NCBI RefSeq assembly: GCF_000143415.4
Contig: NW_003314279.1
Span: 434,130 to 498,129 of the forward strand
Source: Selaginella moellendorffii
Taxonomy: Eukaryota > Plantae > Lycopodiophyta
Length of the DNA stretch: 64,000 bases
Direction of reading: 5' to 3'
Shown one piece after another: positions 1 to 11,900 of this stretch; the first letter of the stretch is position 1; each line of letters opens with the position of its first letter. Position numbers and translations under genes: made by a program. Below the pieces are notes generated by a model, which did no database searches, was not told the DNA's origin, and worked only from the letters and a program-made list of their open reading frames with translations.

Positions 1-416
1 TGAGATTATCCCACTTGTAAAATAAGTTTTCCAAACCTTTATATAGTATATAAATATAACAAAATTCAACTGCATTGAGGCACATGCCATTTTATTTTAA
101 ACAAGGAAATGTCTACTCAATCACTTCTCCTCCCCCTGCCACTGCTTCACCTCTCTCTTCTCCTTGTCATCGTCGTCCAATTTCTTTTCATCCTTTTAAT
201 ATTGGCTCAGTTGCTCCGAGTCTAGGTGGAGCCCAAGTCCCCATTCAATCTTTACTTTCCCCTTATTAATAAAACAACTTCGTAGACTTCCAATAACATG
301 CTGTAACACTTCTAGTATAATGCAAATCCTCTCAAAGAATTGTCTTTTAATATTAATACAATGGCATGGAACCCCATGCCATAATAAGTTACATTTTTAA
401 ATAAATACATGCCATC

Positions 417-3400
417 TCAGACTGTTATTTTTTGCCTCCAACGCCTATACAATAATCTTGGAATTTCATCACTCTCCACAGTATCAGGATTTAAACCCAA
501 TAGTAATGCCATCTCTTCTCTAATACGTCCACGCTCATGTTCAGTGGTCGAAGAACCCATCCGGTTGAGCAGATTATGGAGATGCGGATAGTGCTTGGCT
601 AGACAATATACATGCCATAAATGATGACTGGTGTCTGTCCGATCAAATGGCTTCTGATATACCATTCCATCTGCCATTTGGTTGATTTCTGCAGCCACCT
701 CCTGGACTGGCCGGTTCTCTATCACCATCGCTTCAAGCCGTTTTGCAAGGTCCCCCAGAACATACGGTTTCTTCTCCCTAGTTTCCATACTGCAAGAGAT
801 GGGGTGCACTGCATATGTGTGCGTGTTCGCTGCAGTTTTAATCGGCGAGTCATCGATGATGAGGATTTCACTTGACCTAGCAGTCCGGTTCATCACTACA
901 GCCTCTGCCTTGACGAAGATGGGCTTGCTACCCCTCACATGGACCATAGTCAAGCAATCCTCCTGCGTTAGGAGAAAGTCAAATGGTAATATTACTCGCG
1001 TCTGATCGTGCATCATCTGTAGCAACGTTAATGCATTGTGGCGCATCATGGATGTCCAAACTCCCAATTGCAAATTGAACCCGGCCCTCTGTTTTAAGTG
1101 TCGCATGGTCATTATTAGATCCCATAGTTTCTCCCGTGTGATTAATGTGAATCTGTCTCTTTTGACCAACTTGCGACCGCAGGTTTTGGAGGGTGCAGTG
1201 ACATTCGAGGACGAGCCACGCTCATGGGAGAAAAGGACACCGTTCAGATCAAAAACGATACAGTACTTTCGCTGTGACTCTGAAATGAAATGCGTCAGCA
1301 TAAAAAATGGTACAAGTCAATTTTACCATCTACAATATTAGCGAATGGTGCTCCCGATGGTCGTTGAGAGGGTTTTGGTCGAGGAAACGTGAAGGGCGGA
1401 AATACTCTCCTCTGCAATGTGGGGTCAATCGCATCCGATGGCGTGTGGGCACATGCCATTTCAGCTGTAGACTCTGGTACAACTGGCTCAACAGTGGCAT
1501 GGGGTGGTTCCAATGGCGTGTGATCACACGCCATTTCAGCTGGTGCCTCCGTTGGCAAAGTGGACATGACCGAACAGGCAGCAGGGGCGGTGTAGGGAGG
1601 TTCCAACGGCGCGTAGTCAGACGATTGGGCACACGTTGAGTCCATTGGAAATGAGGATACGACCGGCTCGGCGGCTGGGGCGGCCTCATGCGGGTCCAAT
1701 GGCGCCTGGTCACCGTCAGTTGGATACGTGGACAAGATTGACTCAGTGGTATGGGCAGCATCAAGTGGAGCGTGGTCAGCTTGCTTGGCGTTGATATGGA
1801 TAGTAGCCTCCACCAGCTCTGATGACTCTTGCAGGCAAGTAGAGTCCACTGGCGGATCCATATGCATGTCCAAATATCTCCCTTCAATTGAGATGGTATC
1901 CTCCCGTGCTACTAAAAACAAACTCATTAGCACATTGAATCGACTATACTGTATTTACCATCAACTGCTATTGAGGAACTAGGACCGATATCACTTGGGC
2001 GCATTGCTGATTCTGAAGGATTGGACATACGTTTCGACCCTTGCTTGGCACTATCCTTCCTCGACACTAAAGGCTAGAGTTTGTATCTTAATTCAACTGA
2101 ATAATCTCTACTTACCATTTCTTCTGCGACCTACATGGACAATGTTAGAAATGGTAAAAGGTTAGGAATGGATGTACTATTATTTACCTGATGGTTTGTC
2201 TTGTATGACCTTCCTCCGCTGCTCTTTGGCCACCTCAGGCTGGCCATCGTCGTCATCATCGTCATTGTCGTTATTGTGATCGTCACCATTGTGAGGACCA
2301 TCTAAGTCCTCTTCGTCCTCCTCTTCTTCGTCCTCCTCTTCTTTGTCCTCCTCTTCGTCCTTCTGCTCTTCGTGCTCATTATCTTTCTCTGGCTCCTCAT
2401 CCCCCTCTTGCATTTCTTCCATAGGCTGCTCAGGCTGGATGGCTTGTTTTTCCAGGACCATCTTGGGAAAATCATCTGGCCGAGTCTCCATCTCAAAATA
2501 CAAGACATCCATAGCCTGTTTTAGTGCTTGACCTAGGACTATATCCTCACCCGACTGTCTTAACATGGTTTTTGCACGTTCTTGCACCCTTCGAAGACGA
2601 CGAGATGAGAAAAATGTGGCCCTGACTTGAAAAGCATCCCTCATCCATTGTACCTCTCCATTGAGATTGGGGAAGGGGAGTCCGCCATAGGAATCTGAGT
2701 CAGAAGGTGGTGACTGGCTCCTTTCACTCAGCCCTTGATCTGCAATGAATGGCATGAGCACACACGCCATAACCGCGAGGCATTACCTATCATCTTTTCG
2801 TTGCCCTTCTTCCTTTTCGAATCAAACGCCTCTGATCCCGACGACTGTCCAACGTGCTTTCGCTTTTTATGACCACTGTCAGTTTGAGCTTGGCTGGTGC
2901 TTGCCTGTTTTGCCTTTGAAGAAGTGTCTCCTGCAAGGAATGGCATGAGACCACACGCCATTGCAAATATAATTTGTACCTCCTTTTTTCCTATTGCTTG
3001 TCTGTTTGTCCTTCTTCGACGCGCCACCAGTGTGCTTTTCAGTCCTCGTGTCTGAATATTCACAACGATCTATAATCAAAATGGCGTGAGGCCTCACGTG
3101 ACCTTACCTTGTGCAGGTTGTGAGCTCGGCCTAACATCAGTAGCTGTTAACGCCGTTTCAACATTTGGGGGTGGCCACGCTCCTGCATACAGAGCTTGTG
3201 AGATAACATTTAAACTTAAAGTGCGTACTCACCAGGTTCGTAGAGAAGATACTGTTTTTCTTTGGCAACTGTAATTATATGCTCCATTGAAGTCACCTCT
3301 TCAATGGAGTTTGTCACCGCAACACACGGGACACCCTTGAGTAGTGCGGCTCGAAAGAATAGTCTGCCGCAGTTGTACTCGACAACGCATTTGCCCTTGG

Positions 3401-6016
3401 AGTCACCCGCTATTGCGTTGAAGACCCAGCTGAGCATTTCCCATGCTGCACCTGGAGCTTTCTTTGGATTCGAAAGCTCCATAGCCGTCTTCAGTTCCTC
3501 AGGCACGGGTAAATTGACCTCCGTCAGATCAATTCGATCGGCTTTGTTGAACGAAGCTGGGAAGTCACTCCAGTCCCACTCTGCTGCAGGACCAATAACA
3601 AGGGCGAGTGTGAAGATGCGGACATTCGTCGGTATCTTCTTCTTAGCCATTATCCCATGGATCTCCCGCATCTCCTTGCCTTTCAACCGAGCCTTCACCT
3701 CGTTCAAGGCCTTCCAGAACTTGTGATAGGATTTGGAGTCGTAGATCATATAGTGGACTGAAGATTCCACCTCCGCAAGTCCCACCATTAAGTCAATGAT
3801 GGAGCTGACTTCGTCTGCATGAGTGATCTCCTCGTTTGTGAAGTCCATCACACAAAAGATGTTCTTGACCTGCTCATCTCCGCGGGAAACGATGCTCCTC
3901 CACCTTTGTTCCTCATCCGAATTCACGTATACCCGGTAAGGTTCTCGATAGGCCTCTGCTGCGGGGTCGAGCTGTTTCTGAAGCCGGCGGTCGACATCCC
4001 TCTTAATGAAATTTGGATACTGATCCAACTTCTCAGCTTTACTTTTTGTGGCATCCCGCAGCAGATCGATGAACTTGGGGGCCCCCTTCACGTAGTCGTC
4101 GATGTCTTCATTTGACAACTCCAGCTCTTCCATCATCTCTTGCGTGGTGTCGATGCTCACCCTCTCCACGGCCACTTGCTCGAAGATCCAATCCTTCAAT
4201 AGTGCACGAGCTCTCAGAGTCGTGCACAAGTCCTCGTATGTCACAATATGGCCGGGAGTCATTTTGGTCTTGTTGAAGACTACCTCACCACGTAGAAGAG
4301 CATTAGCCACTGTCAGAAGGTCGTCGTCATCTAGAGACCGCGAGAAACGCAAGGCGTTGAGCTTCAAATCATTGGGCTTCCGGCCGTCCTCCACACCCAT
4401 TGAGTTTAGCAACTCCCCGTCATGGTACCTCCTCAGCACATCTACCCATTTGTCAAAAACAACTTTTGTTGCGAGTAGAATGTTATGGATGCTGAGTGTG
4501 TCATTGACCCCCAGTGTTTTCGAGAGAAGACTCGAGAATTCCTGCAATGGAAATGGCGTGAGGCCACATGCTATGCCACATGCAACGAGGCTTACCTGCC
4601 AGGCGCTAGTTGCTAGTGCACGTCCTTGTCCTGGTTTTTGTGGCTTCTTCAGTTGAACCCAAAGCTTCCGTGTTCGTGCCAATGTCTCGTGCAGACCCGA
4701 TTTGTAGCACGTTTCTTGCTTGACATTCTGCGCGTGGGAGATGTATATGATAGATCGGAGGGGCGAGTTGCCTTTTATCAGGCGGACAACTCTTGTCTTG
4801 AAGACTTTCTTCACCTCCTCGCCCACCATAATATCCACAACTATCTATTGCATCGCCAAGCTAGAATGCTGCCCGGAGACGGCATAGAACCGGATGTTCT
4901 GATCGTCCAACACCTTCCTATTGATCAAGTCTGGAAACCTTGTCTCGCCCTTCATTGTTCGGTAGTAGGGGATCACGTCTGCGATGTCGGGTGTTACTGG
5001 ACTTGCCAGCATCTTCTGCTTCAGTTTCTCCACCCACTCATCAGATACTAGCCTGTGGTTGTATTTGCTTTGGATCTCGATACGGCTCACGTCGATTGTA
5101 TATACTTTGTTGGAATAGTAACAAGTACTATTATCTGCGACGATTTTTGCTGCCTCTTCTTGCTCTTTCTGCTCTTTGCGGCTCTTCTTTTTGGTGGGTG
5201 TAGTGTTCGAACCTGAGGCAATGGCATCACCGAGTAGCTTCTTTTTTGGAGCAGCAGAGTCGGACGTCGGCTTGAGCTTGACCACCCTTTTCTGCTTCGG
5301 GGTAGTTTCCAGATCGACCCCCTTCCCCTTCGCTTCGCAAACTAGAGGCACTTTCAACGGCTCAATGTTGGAATATAGTTTTTGAACATCGCCGTAGGTG
5401 AGGTCCGTTAATTCCATGTGATCTTCATAGACCCGCAGCGTCTTTGAAATTGTGGGCCTCCTGGACAACCTCTCCCTAGCTCCCTCTAGGAATTCCTCAT
5501 AGCCGCTGCCCCCCTCCGGGAAGCCGCTAGGATGTGCAATGTGGATCTTGAAGGCGGACGCTGTCTCTACCACAAGTGCCAGTCCATATTCTTGCATGGA
5601 ACTGCATGGAGTGTCTGTCACTTGGATGAGGATCCCCATGCATTCTTTTCTCCCACCATCTGTGTTGTACAGCATCAGATCCTAGCCTTCCATCCCGAAA
5701 GTCCAACTGGTGAGCTCCTCCCCCTTCTCTGCATCCACATTGACAGTGGCTGGAAGAAGAACGCAATTCCTCGCCTGTTCAGAAATGCACAACAATTAGA
5801 GCTGACAGATGAAAAGCTAGCAGCTAGAAATAACGTGAGGCCACACGCCATTCACCACTGCATCAGATGTCTTGAGGCTGCATCCTAAGATGGCGTGAGG
5901 CTACATGCCATCTGTAACCGGACTGCACTCGAGAGCCCAATCGGTGCATGCCAATGTTGCTACTGAATGGCATGTGGCCTCATGCCATTTTCTACTTGGC
6001 CTAAAAGACTTACCAT
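417..6016 (-). pseudogene. Multi-exon ~1,630-aa fusion protein: ParB/Srx-like domain, degenerate beta-class N4C/N6A methyltransferase-like region, acidic and Pro-rich linkers, FCP1/HAD phosphatase; two in-frame TAG stops (5682-5684, 4845-4847)
   Basis: Hand-checked frame-consistent GT-AG model. Exons: 6016-6014, 5774-4596, 4541-3233, 3182-3108, 3051-2980, 2930-2787, 2739-2188, 2130-2116, 2066-1959, 1911-1327, 1279-417. Motifs: IDVSRIEI..RLVSDEWVEKLKQKM..FYAVSGQHSSLA..ISHAQNVKQE (ParB-like); NPKKAP..CVVEYNCGRLFFRAALLKGVPCVAV (MTase motif I-like); VFDLNGVL / GVWTS / KPIFVK / IIDDSPIK (HAD motifs I-IV). Confidence 0.75.
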
Positions 6017-8934
6017 TTGAAGCCGAATGGAGGCCGTTACAATCGAGGCCGGACTCGCTAGCGAATGTGCACTGTGTGTGCAGCGGATCGTAGCAGCAAT
6101 GCTACTCTGCCACTTACAGTTGGAGAGTGGCACTGAAATCTCCCGGGACGCCAAGTGGGCTGCGTGTGGGTGGCGGAGTGGGCGGCGGAGTTGGCGGCGA
6201 AGTTACAAACTGGGTGTGGACGCCGATGCACACGAGCGCGATGCGAGCGCGAGTGTGATGCAAGCGCGAGTGGACGCCGATGCACACGAGAAACCTGTAG
6301 AGAAGGTAGATGAGCGCGAATGTGAGCGTGATCGCGAGTGGGAGCGCGATGCGAGCGCGAGTACGAAGCAAAATGCAAAACCTAACCTCACACGCGCGAA
6401 ATGTCACAACGGTTGGTAATCCCGTCACGTCATCATTCCTCGGACTTGGGCGCCACCATTAATTTCTGGATTGCCGCGCGCATGCAAGCACGCAAAATCC
6501 AAAAGAAATCCACAACGTCATCATTCCTCGGACTGCATGCACGCGAAATCCAAAAGAAAGATCATGATTGGGATATCATTTAATACCCTCGCTATATTTA
6601 TACCATGCATGATTGGATATTCCAAAGCATCTTGTATTTCCAAAAATGGCAGATGTTCAGCTAAATAAAGAAATTCTATCTGTTTCTATTTTTCTCTCAA
6701 ATCAATATTATAGCGTGTGGGCTCATGCAATTTTGAACCAAAAAACCCAAAAAACGTTGGACCTAAAATATTTTGAAAAAACCCAAAAAACCCTAAACAT
6801 TTTAAACCCAAAAATCCAGGCGTCCTGTGGCGTTATTCCTTGAATGGCGTGTGGGCGCATGCCATTTTCAGGGCCAAATGCTGAATGGAGAAAAATTCCC
6901 TTTCAGTGCAAATGCTGCAAGAGGCAGATGCCGAGCACAAAGGACTGTAACTACCTCACATGACACAGATAAACTTTTCTCTATTTGGCAAAGATAAACT
7001 TTATAGCGTGTGGGCTCATGCAATTTTGAACCCAAAAAATGCACCAAAAAATTCTCGGCGTCATCTGGCGTTATCTTTTGAATGGCGTGGGGCCGCATGC
7101 CATTTTCAGGGGCACATAGGAGTATATTCCTAGAATATTCTGACACGCGCGAGATTTTTTTGAGTTTTCTGGAGATCTAACTGTTAGATCGCAACTAGAT
7201 TTTACAAAATGGTATACAATGTCTTTCTTGATGACCCTGCAAAGAAGCATCTCAATCAGACACCACATGAGACCACACGAGCCTTACAATGTTTCAGGGG
7301 TATTTGCCATAGATCCGACCGTTATTTTGCTCCAAGATTTTACAGTTTGGTGTGCATTGACCTTTCCATCGACACTGCAAAGGGACATCACAATCAGATG
7401 CGGGATCACAAGAAACTAACTTCACTAACTCTGGTTTCACCAAGATCTACGTAAGGAGTTATGAAATGAAAGGACCCTCTCTATTGACATGTGTTTATGG
7501 TCCTAGGGGCATTGTGACATATCAAAGGATTTTGCATCAAGTTCTGTATTTGCATGTTTATCAAGCTACTGAATTGCTAAACCCTAAACCCTAAACCCTA
7601 AATATGTGGCAAATGCTGCGTGAAGAAAGATGCCCTTTCTGGGCAAATGCTGTAAGAGGCAGATACCGAGCAGATGTATCTCAGGCTAGCGAAGGGGACA
7701 AACGAAAGCTAGCTATAAACATGACGGGATGCAAATAGATTACTAGGCTGGTCCTACGAAAATCAAAAACCATAATTGAAAACATTGAAAATGCAAAAAA
7801 AAAGGTTTATAATATTTTTGAATTTTAAGCAACCAAAGGAATGTAAGTAGGGCATATGTTTGTAAGTTTAAAAATGCCTCAACCACTTAAATTCCCAAGT
7901 AAATAAAGTTGTTTCTATTTTTGGTACAGGTAAACTTTATAGCGTGTGGGCTCATGCAATTTTGAACCAAAAAATGCACCAAAAAATGCTCGACTAGCAT
8001 TATTCTTTGAATGGCGTGTGGCCTTATGTCGAGCATTATTCTTTGAATGGCGTGTCTTTTTTATATTGCCATAAATGGACGTACACACACAGCATAATTA
8101 TTCCTTTACACGGCGAATAATCTTGGCGCGGATCGCTGACATGGCATGGCAAAGTTCGAATCACTGACATGGCACAGCTGGATCGAGGCAAGGACATGAT
8201 GTGACAAAGTTCAACCTCCGACAGCAAAGTCTAGAAGCTACTCAGTTTGAAATTTGTCAGAGGAATCATAAGATCTGGTTTGTCAGAGGATTTGATGTGA
8301 CGTTTAAACGTGTGTTATTTTTGAATTCTCGAACTCATTCCTAGGTCTATCATTTTTGTGCGCCGTGTTCTTGGTTCCGCTGAGCGCAGTGAGTGCTGCT
8401 TGTGTAAGCGGCGTTGTGGGCTGTGGTTTATGCGTCTACGAGCGGTTGCGGCATTGCGAGCGCCATTGCGAGCGGCAGTTTATGCGAGTGGCAGTTTGTG
8501 CGAGCGGCACTACGAGCAGTTGCGGTGTTGCGAGCGGCGCTACGAGTAGTTGCGGTGTTGCGAGCGGCACTGTCTTTGGTGTGGCTACCGCTTCCTCTTG
8601 ATATTCGGCACTTGTGCTTCCTGGTATGTTCACCATGGAATGGCTTAGGACCACATTTAGAAATGGCATGAGGCCACATGCCATCTTGGGCCCTTGCAAT
8701 TTCATGGCTAGCGTATTGTCATGTATGTTTTTACTTGCCTACAGCTGTGTGTATATCAAGATGGCATGAGGCCTCATGCCAATTTTGTGAATGCGAAATT
8801 TCACGTGGGTGTCAATAGCATGTTTGAATAATGGCATGTGGCCTCATGCTATTGAGGTTGTTTGGTATGTTATGATTTAGGCCATTCTCCAATCATTTTT
8901 TGTATGGTCTTAACTTCTTTTCTGCACTTTCAGA
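6017..8934. promoter_or_regulatory. Divergent control region between the two element genes, including a probable 5'-UTR intron of the transposase gene
   Basis: GC-rich repeated segments next to each gene (GTGGACGCCGATGCACACGAG at ~6216 and ~6270; 30-bp tandem unit at 8501-8570). A triplicated block TTATAGCGTGTGGGCTCATGCAATTTTGAACC occurs at ~6708, ~7000 and ~7937. A TTTCAG acceptor lies just before the ATG at 8935. Confidence 0.5.
7577..7602 (+). repeat. Interstitial plant telomere-type repeat (CCCTAAA)n, ~3.7 units / telo-box cluster
   Basis: CTAAACCCTAAACCCTAAACCCTAAA read directly from the sequence. Confidence 0.85.
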
Positions 8935-11900
8935 ATGGCCTTCAGGGTTGGGGAAAAGGTTTACATTTTGAATGGTGGGAAGAGAGTTGCAAAAGGGACC
9001 CTTGTGTCTATGGATCGGAACTTTGTTATACACTGTCAAAGGCTTGGGGAAGGCAATGCTGCTGTATCAATAGAGACTGTCTTCGATGGGAATGTGGTCG
9101 CTATTGAACGAGGAGAGATGGTCGTCGGGGTAAATGTTGTTGTTGCCTTGAAAAATCTTCAGAAGAAAGCAGATGTTGGGGACAGCGCAAGTGCGACGCA
9201 TGTTCCCTCCGTGGATCTTAAGAACCGTGCTACATGGATTCAGGCAAAGGTGTTTCTAAACAACCCCGAGGGGGAGGTGGTAGCTGAGGGCTTAGCCACA
9301 GTTGTCGATCCAAGAGATGCGGTTGCTAATCAAGAATTGGGCTGGGATGATATTGGAGTTGCGATTTTAGAGGTTGTTGACACAGAAGAAAACAGTCTGA
9401 CTATTGGAAGCATTGTGCGGTGGAAATTGAGGCACTTAGTGTTTGAGAATGTAAAGGATTCACAATCAAACACCACTACAACTGATGACAGAACATCTCT
9501 TCATGGGAAAAGAAAGTACACCTTCCTAAAGCGCAGCCAAAGGGATCTGAGCAACGAACCGAAAAGGCAGAAAATGGCGATGGAGGTTCGAATGGTCTCG
9601 ACAGTTGCTTGTTGCAAGAGGAGGTGCTGTCAACATGCTGATTGGGATGCTATTGAAGAGGAGAGAGCAAGATACAAGACATTGTCCTGGAAGGCAACTC
9701 GCAATTTTGTGTATGAGGCATTACGGTCATCTGTTGATGCTTCAGAACATCAGGTGGGGGGCATGGTCTTCCAGAGGGGTTTGGTCTGCATGAAGGCATG
9801 GAGAATCATTTATGGAGTCCCTCGAACCACATTCTACAGAATCAAAACTGAGTTCGAGGAACAAAGGGTTCAACAGGCAGTCCATGGGAACGACGGTACG
9901 CACAAAACCAGGGGTCATGTTGTATATGGAGAGGCAATCTTCAAGAGGTTTGTCGAGACATGTAGCGAGCAGCAACCACATAAAACCCGCCTCTTGGAAG
10001 ATGGAACACGAGACACCCAACGAGTTCTCCCTTCCATGTATACCAAGGGGGCCATATTGGAAGATGTGAATCGGGAACTCCAGAGTAATGGCTACAGGAA
10101 GTTGAGCCAATCTAGATTTAGTAGATTGTGGAGCAACAGGTTCAGGGATGTGAGTATAGGAAAGTACTCCAGCTTTTCAAAGTGTGACGAGTGCACTGCT
10201 ATCAAAATGGCTTTGTCGAAGAATTCTTGCAGCGCTCAAGAGCGAGAGACGTTGGTTAGAAGGCGGCTCGACCACAACATCGAGTAGAGAAGCTGCAGGA
10301 CTGCATATTATCATAACAGGATTCTCTCCATGGAGAGACCTGACTCTTACCTCTGCATCATCCACGACAAAATGGACCAGAAAAAGACGTGCTTACCTCG
10401 ACTCAATCCTGCCCCCAAGGCAATATCTTCATCCATGCAGCTGCCTGTGTCTCTGTTTGGCATAATCGCTCATGGGCATGGTGCCCAGAACTATGGGAAC
10501 TTCTTTGTACCTCTATGGGGTGGCGGGGGTGCAAACATGATGATTGCGTCCCTAGCAAAACACTTAAGGTCTCTGCAAAGTGCGCAGACTGAGCTGAACG
10601 GCCAACCCTTGCATAAGGCCCTTGTCGATCGAACCCCATACAGGGTTCAGCTGGAGGAGGAGCAAAGGCTTGCAATATCGTGTGGGGCCCCATGCCATCC
10701 CAGTGAATATGTTGGCCGTCAGATTGTAGGGTTATCACGTGAGGCCTCATGCCATTCCGACGAGGCTTGTCGCCCGGTGAATGCACAGCCTCATCCAAAC
10801 GAAGCAAAATCTCAAGGAAGTTCTTGCGGCCGATGTGGCCTTCCACCCCATCTTCTGCTCCAAACAGACAATGCTGGCAGTGAGAACAAAAACATGTACG
10901 TCTTCGCGTACTTGGCGATGCTTGTTGCCAAAGGCATATTTGAAACGGTTACACTTGGCTTTCTCATGGTTGGGCACACTCATGAAGACGTCGATGCCAT
11001 GTTCAGTCACCTGGCAGAGTCCCTCCGGCGATCCAATGTCCTCACCCTCCCACAACTCTACGATGAATTCCAAAATTGCATCAAAGGCACTGTTGAAGCT
11101 GCACTTCTGACAGAGGTTCCAGACTTTAAGGGGTTTGTAAGAGGCTACATCAGGGACGGATCCGAAACGCTGATTGGCCACTCCAAGCCTCTTCAGTTTC
11201 ATTTCAGCATGTGTGACAGTGCTCCAGTGATGAGGTACAAGATGAGAGAATGGGACACAGTGTGGTTGCCAGTGGACGGCATTGAACTCTTCAAGAGAGA
11301 TCCCATAACTGGGGAACCTATGATTCCTCAGGGTTCCCCACAGCCGATGCACCCGGATGGACTCAAAGACCAGGAAAGTATAGTGGCCGGGATTAGACAG
11401 CATATTGCCTTCTAGAAGAGGGGGTTGGTGTTTGGTGGAGAATCCTATTTTCAGAGGTGCAAGCCTTTGCTCGAATACTGGGAGAAGATTATATCTGCTA
11501 TCCAAAATGGGCCGGTTGTATATGAAGAATTGGAAGAGTCCTTTTGGCCAGAACCCAGAGCACCAGATAGTAGCGGAACAATGTCCTCTGGAAATGCAGT
11601 GACAGATAACGATGTTGAGGATCACTATTGTGGGCCGAGGAACAAGAAGCCGGATTCAGCATTCAATCCAGTACAGGTCTGCAAAGGAATGGTCGTGCTT
11701 GTCAGACCCAGTAATAAAAAACAAATGATATGGGTGGGGCGCTGCATCACTGATGCAGAGGAGGACGCGGAAACTAACTCCTTCAATGTAACTGTGGAGT
11801 GGTTCAAGCCAAGTTCCGGATATACGAAGGATTGCCTAGAAAAGAGATGGGTGCTGAATCCAAGGGATCCCAGCATGAGCATATCGGTGGATAATGTTGT

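Noticed and set aside
4845-11415. TAG recoding, readthrough or U-to-C editing of the four in-frame stops
   Set aside because: Each stop is explained by one C>T change in CHG context; neighbouring genes use the standard code and plant U-to-C editing is organellar.
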